This document shows positions 1-9,870 of a stretch of 64,000 nucleotides of DNA, one piece after another. The DNA lies in IMG/VR virus record IMGVR_UViG_3300013137_000010, positions 19,241-83,240 of that record; one strand, 5' to 3'. How positions within the stretch are numbered: the stretch's first letter is position 1; every line of letters starts with the position of its first letter. The translations under genes and the position numbers were made by a program. This DNA is from a virus. The notes below the pieces were generated by a model. That model ran no database searches. It was not told the origin of the DNA and saw nothing but the letters and a program-made list of their open reading frames with translations.

Positions 1-633
1 TATATTTTTGTCTCTAGTGTGTTCTTTTTCAAAAATTTTAAAAAATACTTTTTTAAACTCTCTCCACAAGTTAAATCTAGCTAGATAACCATTTGTGTCT
101 ATCGATCTATAATCAAAAATGAAACTTTTTAGACTATTTTGTTTAGGTGTTTCAGAAACGGTATCATCACCAACGAATAATGGTGAATCCTCATCAAAGA
201 ATAACTCAAATGATGGATAAAAGGGGTCTTCGTACCAATAATCAGTCTGTCTATATCCGCCCAATTCTGGATTAGAATATAAACCTCTTTTAAACACATC
301 TGTATCCCTATCATATTGTCGTTGAATTATTTTACCATCTGTTTTTTTATCACCCGAATACCAAAATTCTTCCTTCTTAGCATCTGATGTATGATAAGGA
401 TCATATTTGTCTAGTTGCTTATTCTCTATACCCATTGCTCTTCTAAAAAGATCCAAACTCATATTGGGATCTATTTTATTTGCTAAGGCTTCAATAGCAC
501 TTTGTTCAGCATAACCTCTGACATATTTTGCAATATTTTGATTTTTCTTTTTAATAACTTTTGAAAAATCACCGGTTGTGAGTGCATCGGCTAGTTGATT
601 GGTGTCTATAATATTTCTAAAACTTGCTGGCAT
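1..633 (-). CDS. Hypothetical (probably structural) protein, runs off the window's left edge
   Basis: ATG at 633 (MPASFRNIIDTNQLADAL...) is open to position 1; not in the ORF track because it has no stop; co-oriented with the baseplate-like genes. Confidence 0.75.
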   Translation of the reverse strand, partial: MPASFRNIIDTNQLADALTTGDFSKVIKKKNQNIAKYVRGYAEQSAIEALANKIDPNMSLDLFRRAMGIENKQLDKYDPYHTSDAKKEEFWYSGDKKTDGKIIQRQYDRDTDVFKRGLYSNPELGGYRQTDYWYEDPFYPSFELFFDEDSPLFVGDDTVSETPKQNSLKSFIFDYRSIDTNGYLARFNLWREFKKVFFKIFEKEHTRDKNI

Positions 634-641
634 ATTTTATA

Positions 642-2078
642 TTATTTTGATAATTTTCTTAAATCACTTTTCTGGTCGTTTCCTTTACCATAATCTATAC
701 TCAAATCTCTTCTCATAAGAGTTATTTCTTGTTCAGCACCACCGCTTCTTTTATATATGTAATTTATACCTGTAACAAACCAAAAACCAGATAATCTACT
801 ATTTATATTGTCTGAAGGTTTATTTGTATCTCCGGCATTAGAAGATGTTATATCTTGTGGATTATATATATCTACTCTAATATTTTGAAACCTTTTAATT
901 GAAAAATTGATTTGGTTTAACGTAACAATCATTTTCATTTTTTCCAGATTATCCAGATTATACTTATTAAGAAGTTTAGCAAATGCATAATTCTTATGAA
1001 CGTTGTTCTGTGTATCAATTTTACCTATGAAATATTCATCGTTTAAATTTCTAACAAATAAAGTGGATTCTTTATCGTAAAGTTGTCTTAGTGTACCCTC
1101 ATCTTTTTGGAGCTTTTGATCATCATTCTCTAAATGTTTTAATAATTTCTTTATTACTGTGTTATCATTCTTATCATACCAAGTACCTTTCATTTTATAA
1201 AATTTCTGTAAATTGACTTTAAAAGATTGATTAACAAGATTGAATCTGCTAATGAATTTATTTGACATTGTAAAAGCTCTATTATTAGTTAAATATTGTG
1301 TAACAACTTTTTCTTCCGCATCTTTATCTATTTTCTTATCTGTTATAGTTCCTTTCTCATCTCTATTAAATTCATTCATTTCTTTTTGAACATCTACATA
1401 ATTTAGATTATAATAAAAATCTATAAATGTCCATATAAAAGAATCTTCTGAAATATATGCATATTTAGTTATATCTTTAATAAATTCTAAATTGGTATTA
1501 CTAGGATTAATCCAGGTCATTTCGTCATCACTAGATTGAATGTTAGAGGCGAAACCAAGACTCATTGATAATGCCAGATCTTGTAATATTTTATAACTTG
1601 TACCTCTATATGAATTATAATTTGTATAATGCAAATCGTCGACATTCAATATACCTTTGATAAGATATTTAAATATGTCTTTATTTTCATCTGGTTTAAC
1701 AGTTTCATATTCAGTAACCCTGAAATCCATTCTTATAGGCATAGTGATTTCTGAATTTGATTTTATAAAAATACATAAAAGAGTATCATGATCAAAAGGA
1801 TATAAATCGTTAAATAGTATACCTTTTGAATCATAACAGTATAATTCTATTTCTGGTAAAAACCTACTATTAAACAATTTCACATAAATAACATCTCTTG
1901 GATCAATAGATGTACCGTCTATCGGAGGTGAATTTATAGTATCATTAACTTTTTTAATATATAAATATGGAACATAATCAAATGATTGTACCATTAAATC
2001 TACGGATTCTTTGTCATTTAATTTAAAAGCGATTGGCTCTGTTTTAATTTTAGATGCTGATATAACTTCAATTGCCAT
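642..2078 (-). CDS. Putative baseplate hub-like protein
   Basis: 478 aa; C-terminal 'LSGFWFVTGINYIY...QEITLMRR' resembles phage hub/gpD-type C-termini; structural neighbourhood. Confidence 0.5.
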   Translation of the reverse strand: MAIEVISASKIKTEPIAFKLNDKESVDLMVQSFDYVPYLYIKKVNDTINSPPIDGTSIDPRDVIYVKLFNSRFLPEIELYCYDSKGILFNDLYPFDHDTLLCIFIKSNSEITMPIRMDFRVTEYETVKPDENKDIFKYLIKGILNVDDLHYTNYNSYRGTSYKILQDLALSMSLGFASNIQSSDDEMTWINPSNTNLEFIKDITKYAYISEDSFIWTFIDFYYNLNYVDVQKEMNEFNRDEKGTITDKKIDKDAEEKVVTQYLTNNRAFTMSNKFISRFNLVNQSFKVNLQKFYKMKGTWYDKNDNTVIKKLLKHLENDDQKLQKDEGTLRQLYDKESTLFVRNLNDEYFIGKIDTQNNVHKNYAFAKLLNKYNLDNLEKMKMIVTLNQINFSIKRFQNIRVDIYNPQDITSSNAGDTNKPSDNINSRLSGFWFVTGINYIYKRSGGAEQEITLMRRDLSIDYGKGNDQKSDLRKLSK

Positions 2079-2096
2079 TATTAATCTAAATGTTTT

Positions 2097-2585
2097 TTAT
2101 TCAAAGGTATTTATAATTTGAACACTATTATCATTACCAACTTTAATTTGTTCTAATCCTGATGGTTTGATAGTAGGTGCGAGAAGTTTATTTTTATCTC
2201 CAGCTGTAACTTCTCTTTTTGGTTTAGATGCCTTCATTAGTTCTTGACGTTTAATTTCATTCTGATCAGATAGTTCATCCCTAGTATATAAATTATATAA
2301 ATAATTTACATCACAATAATAAATATATTGACCTTCTTTTACAGAGTATGGACTAATAATATTATTTAATGTCATTAATTCTTCAACATAATCGGGTACA
2401 CCATATATATACTCAGATATTCTATCCAATCTCATTTCAAATTCTCTTGGAACAATATAAACATTTAACGGTATGGTCTGATTATTAACGATATTTTTTT
2501 GAAATACATCAAAAAGAGTTTCTTGTTTAGGATCTCTTTTTAATCTACTGTTAGCAATACTTGAATCAAATGAGTATATTTTCAT
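2097..2585 (-). CDS. Baseplate wedge-like (gp53/LysM-like) protein
   Basis: 'RLDRISEYIYG...ELMTLNNIISPYSVKEGQYI' is a LysM/gp53-like pattern. Confidence 0.55.
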   Translation of the reverse strand: MKIYSFDSSIANSRLKRDPKQETLFDVFQKNIVNNQTIPLNVYIVPREFEMRLDRISEYIYGVPDYVEELMTLNNIISPYSVKEGQYIYYCDVNYLYNLYTRDELSDQNEIKRQELMKASKPKREVTAGDKNKLLAPTIKPSGLEQIKVGNDNSVQIINTFE

Positions 2586-2607
2586 GTTTTAATCTATTTT
2601 TTTTTTA

Positions 2608-4200
2608 TTAAATTGGTCTACCATAAATATCGGTTTTAGTTTCCTGATCACTAGAATCTAGCGGTTCAGAATATGTCCTTCTATAAGTATTATTAAACAT
2701 TCTCATCAATTCTTGTTTACCTAATGATCTTGAAAATTCGCAGTTAAAAGTTGCTGTTATCCATTGAGGTTGATCGTTAAATGCTAATTCAGTACTAGTT
2801 TCAACATAACAACTTTTCACAATTATATGATTGGTTGATAACCAAGGTGAGTAAGGATTACCTATAGTTAAGTGCCAAGGTGTAGAACTATATTTACCAC
2901 CAACCATCAATTCCAATGTGCCTCTAGTTTGAAATCTGTATATGGATAGTGTACTGGTTAATAATGTTTGTAAGAAGCCTTTGGTTATTCCAATAAGTCC
3001 TTTACCTGCATCACTTTTTGCACCACTGACTGCATTTTGAACATTGTCAGCAATATTATTTAATGTGCTATTTTTATTTTCTTCTGTTTTTTGTGAAGAT
3101 TTAGATTCTTCTGCACTCTTTTTAGACTTTTCTACTACTTTTTCTATTTCTGTTCTTACGTCATTAAATAAATCTTTTAATCCTTCCCAAAAACTCTTCA
3201 AAACTTCTTGCATAAATTTCCACCAAGCAGCAGGACTATTAGCTTCACCACTATTTGCTATTCTTGCTTTGTTTATTATCGGAGATTCATCATTCCAATA
3301 AAATAACATATTCGATGTACCCATTGCAAAAATATTATCTATTATATCTAGCATGGCGGAACCAGGATCAACAGATCCTAATAATTTTTGTTCATATGTA
3401 GTTTTTAATTCAAATGTAAAATCAGATTGAATATTTTGACTAAATGGATCTCTATAAGGTGCTTCTTGTAACACATTTGGATCACCAACCGGTATATTAC
3501 TTAATCCCCAATTATCTCCTTGTAATTCACCACTATAACTTTCAATAACTTCATCTACGCTATCTTGATTATTACCACCAGCTAATCCAGCTCTTTTGTA
3601 GAATTCAAAAAGAATACCTTGTGCAAAGTCTGGTATTGGAACCATAGCCGATATATTAATACCTCCAAAATTTCTTTGAACCAATTCATTCAATAACACA
3701 TCAAATCTTTTGTTGGTTTTTGTCCAGGTTTCGTTAAAATTAATTTTACCGAAATTTTCATCAGCCTTAACCCAACCTACAATTGTTGATATTGGTGATG
3801 TATTCATTTCTTCTAAATTCTCTGTAACAAATGAACCTTCAGGAAATCTTCTTAATATAGCTAATCTATTTATAGGATATACTCCTAATTCTCTTAGATA
3901 GGCTAGATCAGCTGCATTGATTCTTAATCCTGGACTACTTTTGAAATCATCCAATAATCTTAGATAAGGATTTCTTTCTCCTCTATTTCCAGTGTTTTCT
4001 CTCTTATATATGGAATCACCTAGGTATTGTTTAATTTCATTTGTATTTGTATTTTTCTTATTCTTATACACAACATAATGATAATCATCACCTCTAACAA
4101 CATTAGATGTATTATCCATGCTATTAGCATCTAAAATTTGGGTTACACTTTCTGCACCTGAACCATCAAAAAGAAAAGACATTTCAGAGTAATGAGCCAT
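2608..4200 (-). CDS. Hypothetical structural (baseplate/tail-associated) protein
   Basis: 530-aa ORF with an ATATATA promoter motif upstream; 'WHLTIGNPYSP' C-terminal region; context. Confidence 0.45.
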   Translation of the reverse strand: MAHYSEMSFLFDGSGAESVTQILDANSMDNTSNVVRGDDYHYVVYKNKKNTNTNEIKQYLGDSIYKRENTGNRGERNPYLRLLDDFKSSPGLRINAADLAYLRELGVYPINRLAILRRFPEGSFVTENLEEMNTSPISTIVGWVKADENFGKINFNETWTKTNKRFDVLLNELVQRNFGGINISAMVPIPDFAQGILFEFYKRAGLAGGNNQDSVDEVIESYSGELQGDNWGLSNIPVGDPNVLQEAPYRDPFSQNIQSDFTFELKTTYEQKLLGSVDPGSAMLDIIDNIFAMGTSNMLFYWNDESPIINKARIANSGEANSPAAWWKFMQEVLKSFWEGLKDLFNDVRTEIEKVVEKSKKSAEESKSSQKTEENKNSTLNNIADNVQNAVSGAKSDAGKGLIGITKGFLQTLLTSTLSIYRFQTRGTLELMVGGKYSSTPWHLTIGNPYSPWLSTNHIIVKSCYVETSTELAFNDQPQWITATFNCEFSRSLGKQELMRMFNNTYRRTYSEPLDSSDQETKTDIYGRPI

Positions 4201-4244
4201 TTTGAAATAATTTTTTATTTATATATAAAAAAATTATTTCTCTG

Positions 4245-4646
4245 TTAGTAGTCTCTTATTATCTGAATAGCATCGAACAAAGAAATATTTGATAAAAGAT
4301 TTTCGTAAAGTTTTTGATTATCTTTAAAATCCTCAAAAAAGAACAAGAGATTAAAATTTATTTTTCCTATTAAATTTTCTTTTATTTGAAAAATATCATC
4401 AATATCTAAAGTATTTATTTTATTTAAATTGGGTATGTAATATACATCCTTATTCTTTCTAATAGTTTGTGTTATTTTAGTATAAATTATGAGATTAAAA
4501 TATTCTCTCCATTCAGAAACATCTTCTAAACCATGATCATCTAACTGTTGTTTTATATCAATAATGGTTTTGCTTCTTATTCTATTGATTTTTATGTACT
4601 TATCTAATTTTTTCCTATTTTTAACGAATACTATGTAGAAATCCAT
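4245..4646 (-). CDS. Hypothetical protein
   Basis: 133-aa ORF. Confidence 0.6.
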   Translation of the reverse strand: MDFYIVFVKNRKKLDKYIKINRIRSKTIIDIKQQLDDHGLEDVSEWREYFNLIIYTKITQTIRKNKDVYYIPNLNKINTLDIDDIFQIKENLIGKINFNLLFFFEDFKDNQKLYENLLSNISLFDAIQIIRDY

Positions 4647-4849
4647 ATATTAAAAGATTATATTTGAAATTATATATATTTGAAATTAAGTTTCCTACTA
4701 ATAATAAAAACTTTTTATTTTTTATTTTCTAAATAATAAGCATTAGTTTGAAATATATGAAAATATAGATTATATATTTAAAACTTTTTGTTATCTTTTA
4801 TTTATAATACATTATAGATAAAAGATTGTGCAAAAAATAATTAATTAGT

Positions 4850-6103
4850 ATGGCTAAAATTCAAAAAACTTCTCAAAAAAAGTCTAATGAATTTAATTTT
4901 TCTAATATATCAAATCTAATTGATAATATTTCTAAAAAAGATATTATTTCAATAGAAGATTTTGATAAAGAAAAAACTTTCATTTCAACCGGAATCCACG
5001 TATTGGACGCATTATTATCAAAAAGTATATTAAAAGGTGGAATTCCAAATAATAAAATTACAATTATTGCTGGTCCAAAACAGACTGGTAAATCATTTAT
5101 TTCATTGAATATAGCGAGAAATGCTCAAAAAATGGGATATAATATTGTTTGGATTGATACAGAATATTCAATTGAAAAAACGGATTTTGATATGTACGGT
5201 ATTGATACATCAAATCCTGATAAATTCATGCTAATCAGAACTAATATTGTAGAGAAAATTAAAATGTTTATGATGTCATTTCTGGATGCACTTCAAAAAT
5301 TAAAAGATACAGGTGTTGATGTTTCAAAAACAATTTTCTTTATTGATTCTATTGGTATGTTATCTTCTGAAAAAGAAAAAGAAGATACGCTTAAATTAAA
5401 TGTTAAGCAAGATATGACTCGTGCTAAACAGATTAAATCTCTTGTTAGACTTATTACAAATGATTTAGGATATCTAAATATTCCTTTAGTAGCAACCAAT
5501 CACGTTTACTTAACCCAAGATATGTTTCCACAAACTATTATGTCTGGTGGTGAAGGTTTATATTATGCAGCTAGTGTAATTTTATTATTAAGTGATGCAA
5601 AATTGAAAACTGGAGAAGAAGATGAAATGGATCTCGGAAGATCAGGTTCAATTATTACAGCAAAATCAGCAAAGAATAGACTAGCAAAACCTAAGAAGGT
5701 TAAATTTGAAATTGATTACAGCAAAGGTATTAATCCTTATAAAGGTTTAGATCTTTTCTGTACACCAGAAAATTTCGATAAAGTAGGTATAGCTCAGGTG
5801 AAAAAAGTTATAGATAAGGATACTGGTGAAATAACCTATCAACCATCTAATAGATGGTTTGTAAAACATTTAGATACAACACTTGCTGAGAAACAACTTT
5901 TTAATAGAAAGGTGTTTAATTCTGATGTATTAAAATCTATGGAGCCAATTATTTATGAATATTTTAAATATCCCTCTTATGATGAATGCTTACGCGAATT
6001 GGAAGATATTGATATGAGGTTGAATGAAATAGAAGATAAAGATTCAGATATGTTGTCTTCTGATGAATTTAATCTTAGTTCTGACGATAAACTTTTTGAT
6101 TAG
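4850..6103 (+). CDS. uvsX: UvsX/RecA-like recombinase
   Basis: Walker A GPKQTGKS, 'IDTE', 'FFIDSIGML', 'MSGGEGLYYAAS', 'KSAKNR'. Confidence 0.9.
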   Translation: MAKIQKTSQKKSNEFNFSNISNLIDNISKKDIISIEDFDKEKTFISTGIHVLDALLSKSILKGGIPNNKITIIAGPKQTGKSFISLNIARNAQKMGYNIVWIDTEYSIEKTDFDMYGIDTSNPDKFMLIRTNIVEKIKMFMMSFLDALQKLKDTGVDVSKTIFFIDSIGMLSSEKEKEDTLKLNVKQDMTRAKQIKSLVRLITNDLGYLNIPLVATNHVYLTQDMFPQTIMSGGEGLYYAASVILLLSDAKLKTGEEDEMDLGRSGSIITAKSAKNRLAKPKKVKFEIDYSKGINPYKGLDLFCTPENFDKVGIAQVKKVIDKDTGEITYQPSNRWFVKHLDTTLAEKQLFNRKVFNSDVLKSMEPIIYEYFKYPSYDECLRELEDIDMRLNEIEDKDSDMLSSDEFNLSSDDKLFD

Positions 6104-6146
6104 TTTATTGTAACTTTTGTAAAAATATTTTATACAATAATTTCAT

Positions 6147-6869
6147 ATGGCAGAAGCAATGAATACAAATATGGAAAAGCACTACTTTATCCATATATTA
6201 GATAATCCAGAGCAGTTTTCTAAGGTTGAACCATTTTTCTTTAGAAATTCTGATATACAGTTTATATACACAGTTATTAGAGATGAGTATATCAAAAGCG
6301 AAAGCCATATAATACCCAGTCCACAGCAAATTTATTCAATGGTTAAACTTGCTGATCAAGATAATAAAATTAATGATAAAGTTATTAAGTTACTTCTTCA
6401 GTCAGATAATGCAGATATTAGCCAAGAATGGCTATCACCTAGATTTAAAGCGTGGAAAATCAAAAATCAATTAAAAGGCGATGCGTTAAAGATGATCGAT
6501 ATGATTCGTGGAATAGATGAGATTGATTATGATGATGTTACAGAAATTGCACAAAAAACCAAAACTATGTTTAATAATGTGCTTTTAGTTGATGATGATG
6601 ATCAAGATTTGGGTGAAGATTTTGATGATCCTGAATCACATAAACAACAAATAAGTAAAAATAGTATTCCAACTGGTTGGTCTAGTATAGATTCTATATT
6701 AGGTGGTGGTTGGAGTAAATCAACATTAAATGTGATAATGGGAGAAACTAATGTTGGTAAGTGCTCAAAATCAGATACTCCTATAAGAATTAAAAGCAAA
6801 AAAACAGGTGAAATAAAGGAAATTACTATCGGTGATTTTTTTAATTTAATGAAAAATAAAAAATCCTAA
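6147..6869 (+). CDS. gp41/DnaB-like replicative helicase, N-terminal part, fused to a 35-aa N-intein
   Basis: 'IPTGWSSIDSILGGGW...GETNVGK' then Cys at 6762 starting 'CSKSDTPIRIK...'. Confidence 0.9.
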   Translation: MAEAMNTNMEKHYFIHILDNPEQFSKVEPFFFRNSDIQFIYTVIRDEYIKSESHIIPSPQQIYSMVKLADQDNKINDKVIKLLLQSDNADISQEWLSPRFKAWKIKNQLKGDALKMIDMIRGIDEIDYDDVTEIAQKTKTMFNNVLLVDDDDQDLGEDFDDPESHKQQISKNSIPTGWSSIDSILGGGWSKSTLNVIMGETNVGKCSKSDTPIRIKSKKTGEIKEITIGDFFNLMKNKKS

Positions 6870-6911
6870 ATTGGTCTCTCTTATTTTATATATAGAAATA
6901 AAAATATAGAT

Positions 6912-8030
6912 ATGAAATGTAAATTATGTGATAAAAAATTTGATTCTATTGTTGGTTTGTCTGTTCATTTATCTAAAGAACATAAAGAAGTATCTAAGAA
7001 AGATTATTATGATAAATATCTTAAAAAGGAAAACGAAGGTAAATGTTATTTTTGTGGAAATGATGCAATATTTAAAGATATATCTAATGGATATCACAGA
7101 ATATGTAAATCTAAAGAATGTTTAGGAAAAACAAGAGCAACTGGAACTCCAGAATTTTTAATGTATAAATATGGATTATCTAAAAAAGATGCCTTACTAT
7201 TAACAATTCAAAACGCAAAAGAACGAGGTGAAAAAATAAAAAAATCATTGGATCAAAGTTTTAGTAGAAATAAAAATTTTTTTAAGGAAAAATCTCATCA
7301 ATGTATTGAATTTTGGTTAAAAAGAGGATATACAGAAGAGGAGGCAAAGAAAAAAGTCGAAGATATTTTTAATGATATACATCAAAAAACTTGGAATAAA
7401 AGAAGGAATAATCCAGAATTATATCAAGATATAAATACAACTCAAATAGGATATTGGACTAAAAAAGGTCTTTCCGAAGATGATGCAAAAGAAAAAATAA
7501 AGGAAAGACAAAGAACTTTTACATTAAAAGGATGTATTGATAAATATGGTGAGGAAGAAGGATTAAAAATTTTTAATAATAGGCAGGATAAATGGAGTGC
7601 TAAGGTTGAAGATTTATATAAAAATGGAAAATTTACAAGATTTACTAAAGAACCATATTCTAAAAATGAAATAGAATTATTTGATTACTTATCAAATAAT
7701 TTAGATATAAAAGATAAAGTTCATTATGGTGATGATCAATTTTTCAGATATTTTTCAGATTTAGGCAGAACTTTTTCTTACGATTTTGTTTTTGGTAAAA
7801 AAATAATTGAATTCAATGGAGATTATTGGCATTGTAATCCTAATTATTATAATTCAAATTATTTTCATAAGTATCTTCAAATGTTTGCTTATGAAATTTG
7901 GGATAAAGATAAGTTAAGGATAAATTCTATTAAAAAAGTTGGATTTGATGTATTAATAATATGGGAAGACGATTTTAATAGAAAAAAACAACAAATTTTA
8001 CAGCAATGTATAGATTTTTTGAAAAATTAA
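6912..8030 (+). CDS. Free-standing homing endonuclease (Zn-finger N-terminus, PD-(D/E)xK/Vsr-like C-terminus)
   Basis: CxxC...H motif; 'YDF...IIEFNGDYWHCNP...IIWE'; lies between the two split-intein halves. Confidence 0.8.
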   Translation: MKCKLCDKKFDSIVGLSVHLSKEHKEVSKKDYYDKYLKKENEGKCYFCGNDAIFKDISNGYHRICKSKECLGKTRATGTPEFLMYKYGLSKKDALLLTIQNAKERGEKIKKSLDQSFSRNKNFFKEKSHQCIEFWLKRGYTEEEAKKKVEDIFNDIHQKTWNKRRNNPELYQDINTTQIGYWTKKGLSEDDAKEKIKERQRTFTLKGCIDKYGEEEGLKIFNNRQDKWSAKVEDLYKNGKFTRFTKEPYSKNEIELFDYLSNNLDIKDKVHYGDDQFFRYFSDLGRTFSYDFVFGKKIIEFNGDYWHCNPNYYNSNYFHKYLQMFAYEIWDKDKLRINSIKKVGFDVLIIWEDDFNRKKQQILQQCIDFLKN

Positions 8031-8039
8031 ATTAATAAA

Positions 8040-9116
8040 ATGATATTTGATAGAAAGTTTATAGATACAATAGAATTAGATGAATGGGAAGTTGAGACTG
8101 ATACTGGCTGGTCTGATATTAAAGCTATTGGTAAAACAATAGAGTATGATGAATGGTTGTTAAAAACCGATAAATTAGAACTAGTTTGTGCTGACACACA
8201 TATAGTTTTTGATGAATATTTTAATGAAGTTTTCATTAAAGATTTAAAAATTGGTGATAGAATAATAACTAAAAATGGAATAGAATCAGTTCAAATATGT
8301 TATAATACTAACATAAAGTCTAATATGTATGATTTACAATTAGACGATATAAATCATAGATTTTATACTAATGATATATTAAGTCATAATAGTATGTGGT
8401 TGCATAATATTGCAACTAATGCTGCAAATGCGGGTGCTAATGTTTTAGTAATAACATTAGAAATGGCAACAAGAAAGGTTATGAAAAGATTGGGTTCAAT
8501 GCGTCTTAAGATTAATTCAGATGAATATGATGAAAAATCTAAAGACGCAGTTTTTATGAAGCAAAGATTAAATAATCTTAAATCTCAGTCTAGTGTTGGA
8601 AATTTATTTGATTCTCAACCTGGTAAAATTTTTGTTAAGAAATACAATACTAGTGATTGTACTGTTACTGATATAGATAATTATGTTAAAAAATTTGAGG
8701 AAGTTAAAAGGATTAAAGTAGGAATGATTATTGTAGATTATATAAACATTATGGCAATTGAAAAAGGCTTTGATATTACTAATATGCTTTATTTAAAAGG
8801 AAAACATTTAGCAGAAGGTTTAAGAAAAATTGCAGATAAATATGAATGTGCAGTAGTAACTGCAACACAAACAGACAAAGCAGTTTGGGGTGCATCCGAT
8901 ATTAAACTTGGTGACATACCTGAAAGTAAAGCTATTGCTGATACAGCTGACTCTGTGTGGGGTATTATTAGAAATCCAGAAATGAAAAAGAATAACATAT
9001 ATAGATTAAAAATTTTAAAACTTAGAGATGGTGAACATCACGAAGAGCAAGTTAGATTTGATTTTAATACTAAATTTTTAACTATGGAAAATGATCAATT
9101 AGTTGGAACTAAATAA
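8040..9116 (+). CDS. 117-aa C-intein fused to the gp41/DnaB helicase C-terminal part
   Basis: '...MYDL...FYTNDILSHN|S' splice junction at 8390/8391, then 'ITLEM', 'IVDYI', 'TATQT', 'LKLRDG'. Confidence 0.9.
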   Translation: MIFDRKFIDTIELDEWEVETDTGWSDIKAIGKTIEYDEWLLKTDKLELVCADTHIVFDEYFNEVFIKDLKIGDRIITKNGIESVQICYNTNIKSNMYDLQLDDINHRFYTNDILSHNSMWLHNIATNAANAGANVLVITLEMATRKVMKRLGSMRLKINSDEYDEKSKDAVFMKQRLNNLKSQSSVGNLFDSQPGKIFVKKYNTSDCTVTDIDNYVKKFEEVKRIKVGMIIVDYINIMAIEKGFDITNMLYLKGKHLAEGLRKIADKYECAVVTATQTDKAVWGASDIKLGDIPESKAIADTADSVWGIIRNPEMKKNNIYRLKILKLRDGEHHEEQVRFDFNTKFLTMENDQLVGTK

Positions 9117-9142
9117 TATCTAAAAATTAACTTATTTAATTA

Positions 9143-9850
9143 ATGAAGAAAAAGGATGTAGATGAAATAGAAGATAATTTAGATAATGATTTGGAAGATG
9201 AGTTAAATGATATTGATGAAGTTATTATAGAAGATGAATATGTAGATGAATCTTCAGATGAATCTTCAGATGAAATAGATATAGCTGAGATAGATGAAGA
9301 AATAGAAGGTGAGGATGAAGAAGATGAAGATGATGATGATGATATCATGTTTAAGTTTAATACCAACAATCATAAACTTGAAGGTAAACATTCTCTTGCA
9401 AGAGATACTATTTTTAAAGGAAAATTAGAGGATAATGCAGAAGAATCAGAACATCTAATACATCAGGATGACTTTAATATAAGTGACGGACTACCTATAG
9501 AGATGGGAACCACTTATGAATTTGAAAGTAAATATCACGAAGAATATGTAAATAGATTGAATCTTCAAAAGGATGTTTATGATTTACTAAATGATAAGAC
9601 TGATTTAGATTTTTCTTCTAATAGAAGAAAACCGAACAGGCAGGCATTTAATGACTATTATAAAATGCTGCTAGATCATATCGGTAAAGATTATACCAAA
9701 TCAGAAATCTTTGTGGAACTTTCATATTATTTTACAGATAATATTTTTAATATGTTTAAACTACTTGATAAAGAATGTGCAACTCAAATAATAGTAGAGT
9801 TAAAGCAGAGTGGTTATTTAACTAATTTGAATAATATAAATTTTATATAG
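9143..9850 (+). CDS. Hypothetical protein with a highly acidic N-terminus
   Basis: 235 aa; first ~70 aa are D/E-rich. Confidence 0.7.
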   Translation: MKKKDVDEIEDNLDNDLEDELNDIDEVIIEDEYVDESSDESSDEIDIAEIDEEIEGEDEEDEDDDDDIMFKFNTNNHKLEGKHSLARDTIFKGKLEDNAEESEHLIHQDDFNISDGLPIEMGTTYEFESKYHEEYVNRLNLQKDVYDLLNDKTDLDFSSNRRKPNRQAFNDYYKMLLDHIGKDYTKSEIFVELSYYFTDNIFNMFKLLDKECATQIIVELKQSGYLTNLNNINFI

Positions 9851-9870
9851 AAAAAATAATTAAAAACGGT

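Noticed and set aside
6870-8039. Group I intron removing the endonuclease from the helicase mRNA
   Set aside because: The flanking non-coding gaps are only ~40 and ~10 nt with no intron core; a split intein explains the layout
9143-9350. Acidic tract as a DNA-mimic anti-restriction protein
   Set aside because: It looks like a low-complexity disordered tail; acidity alone is insufficient evidence
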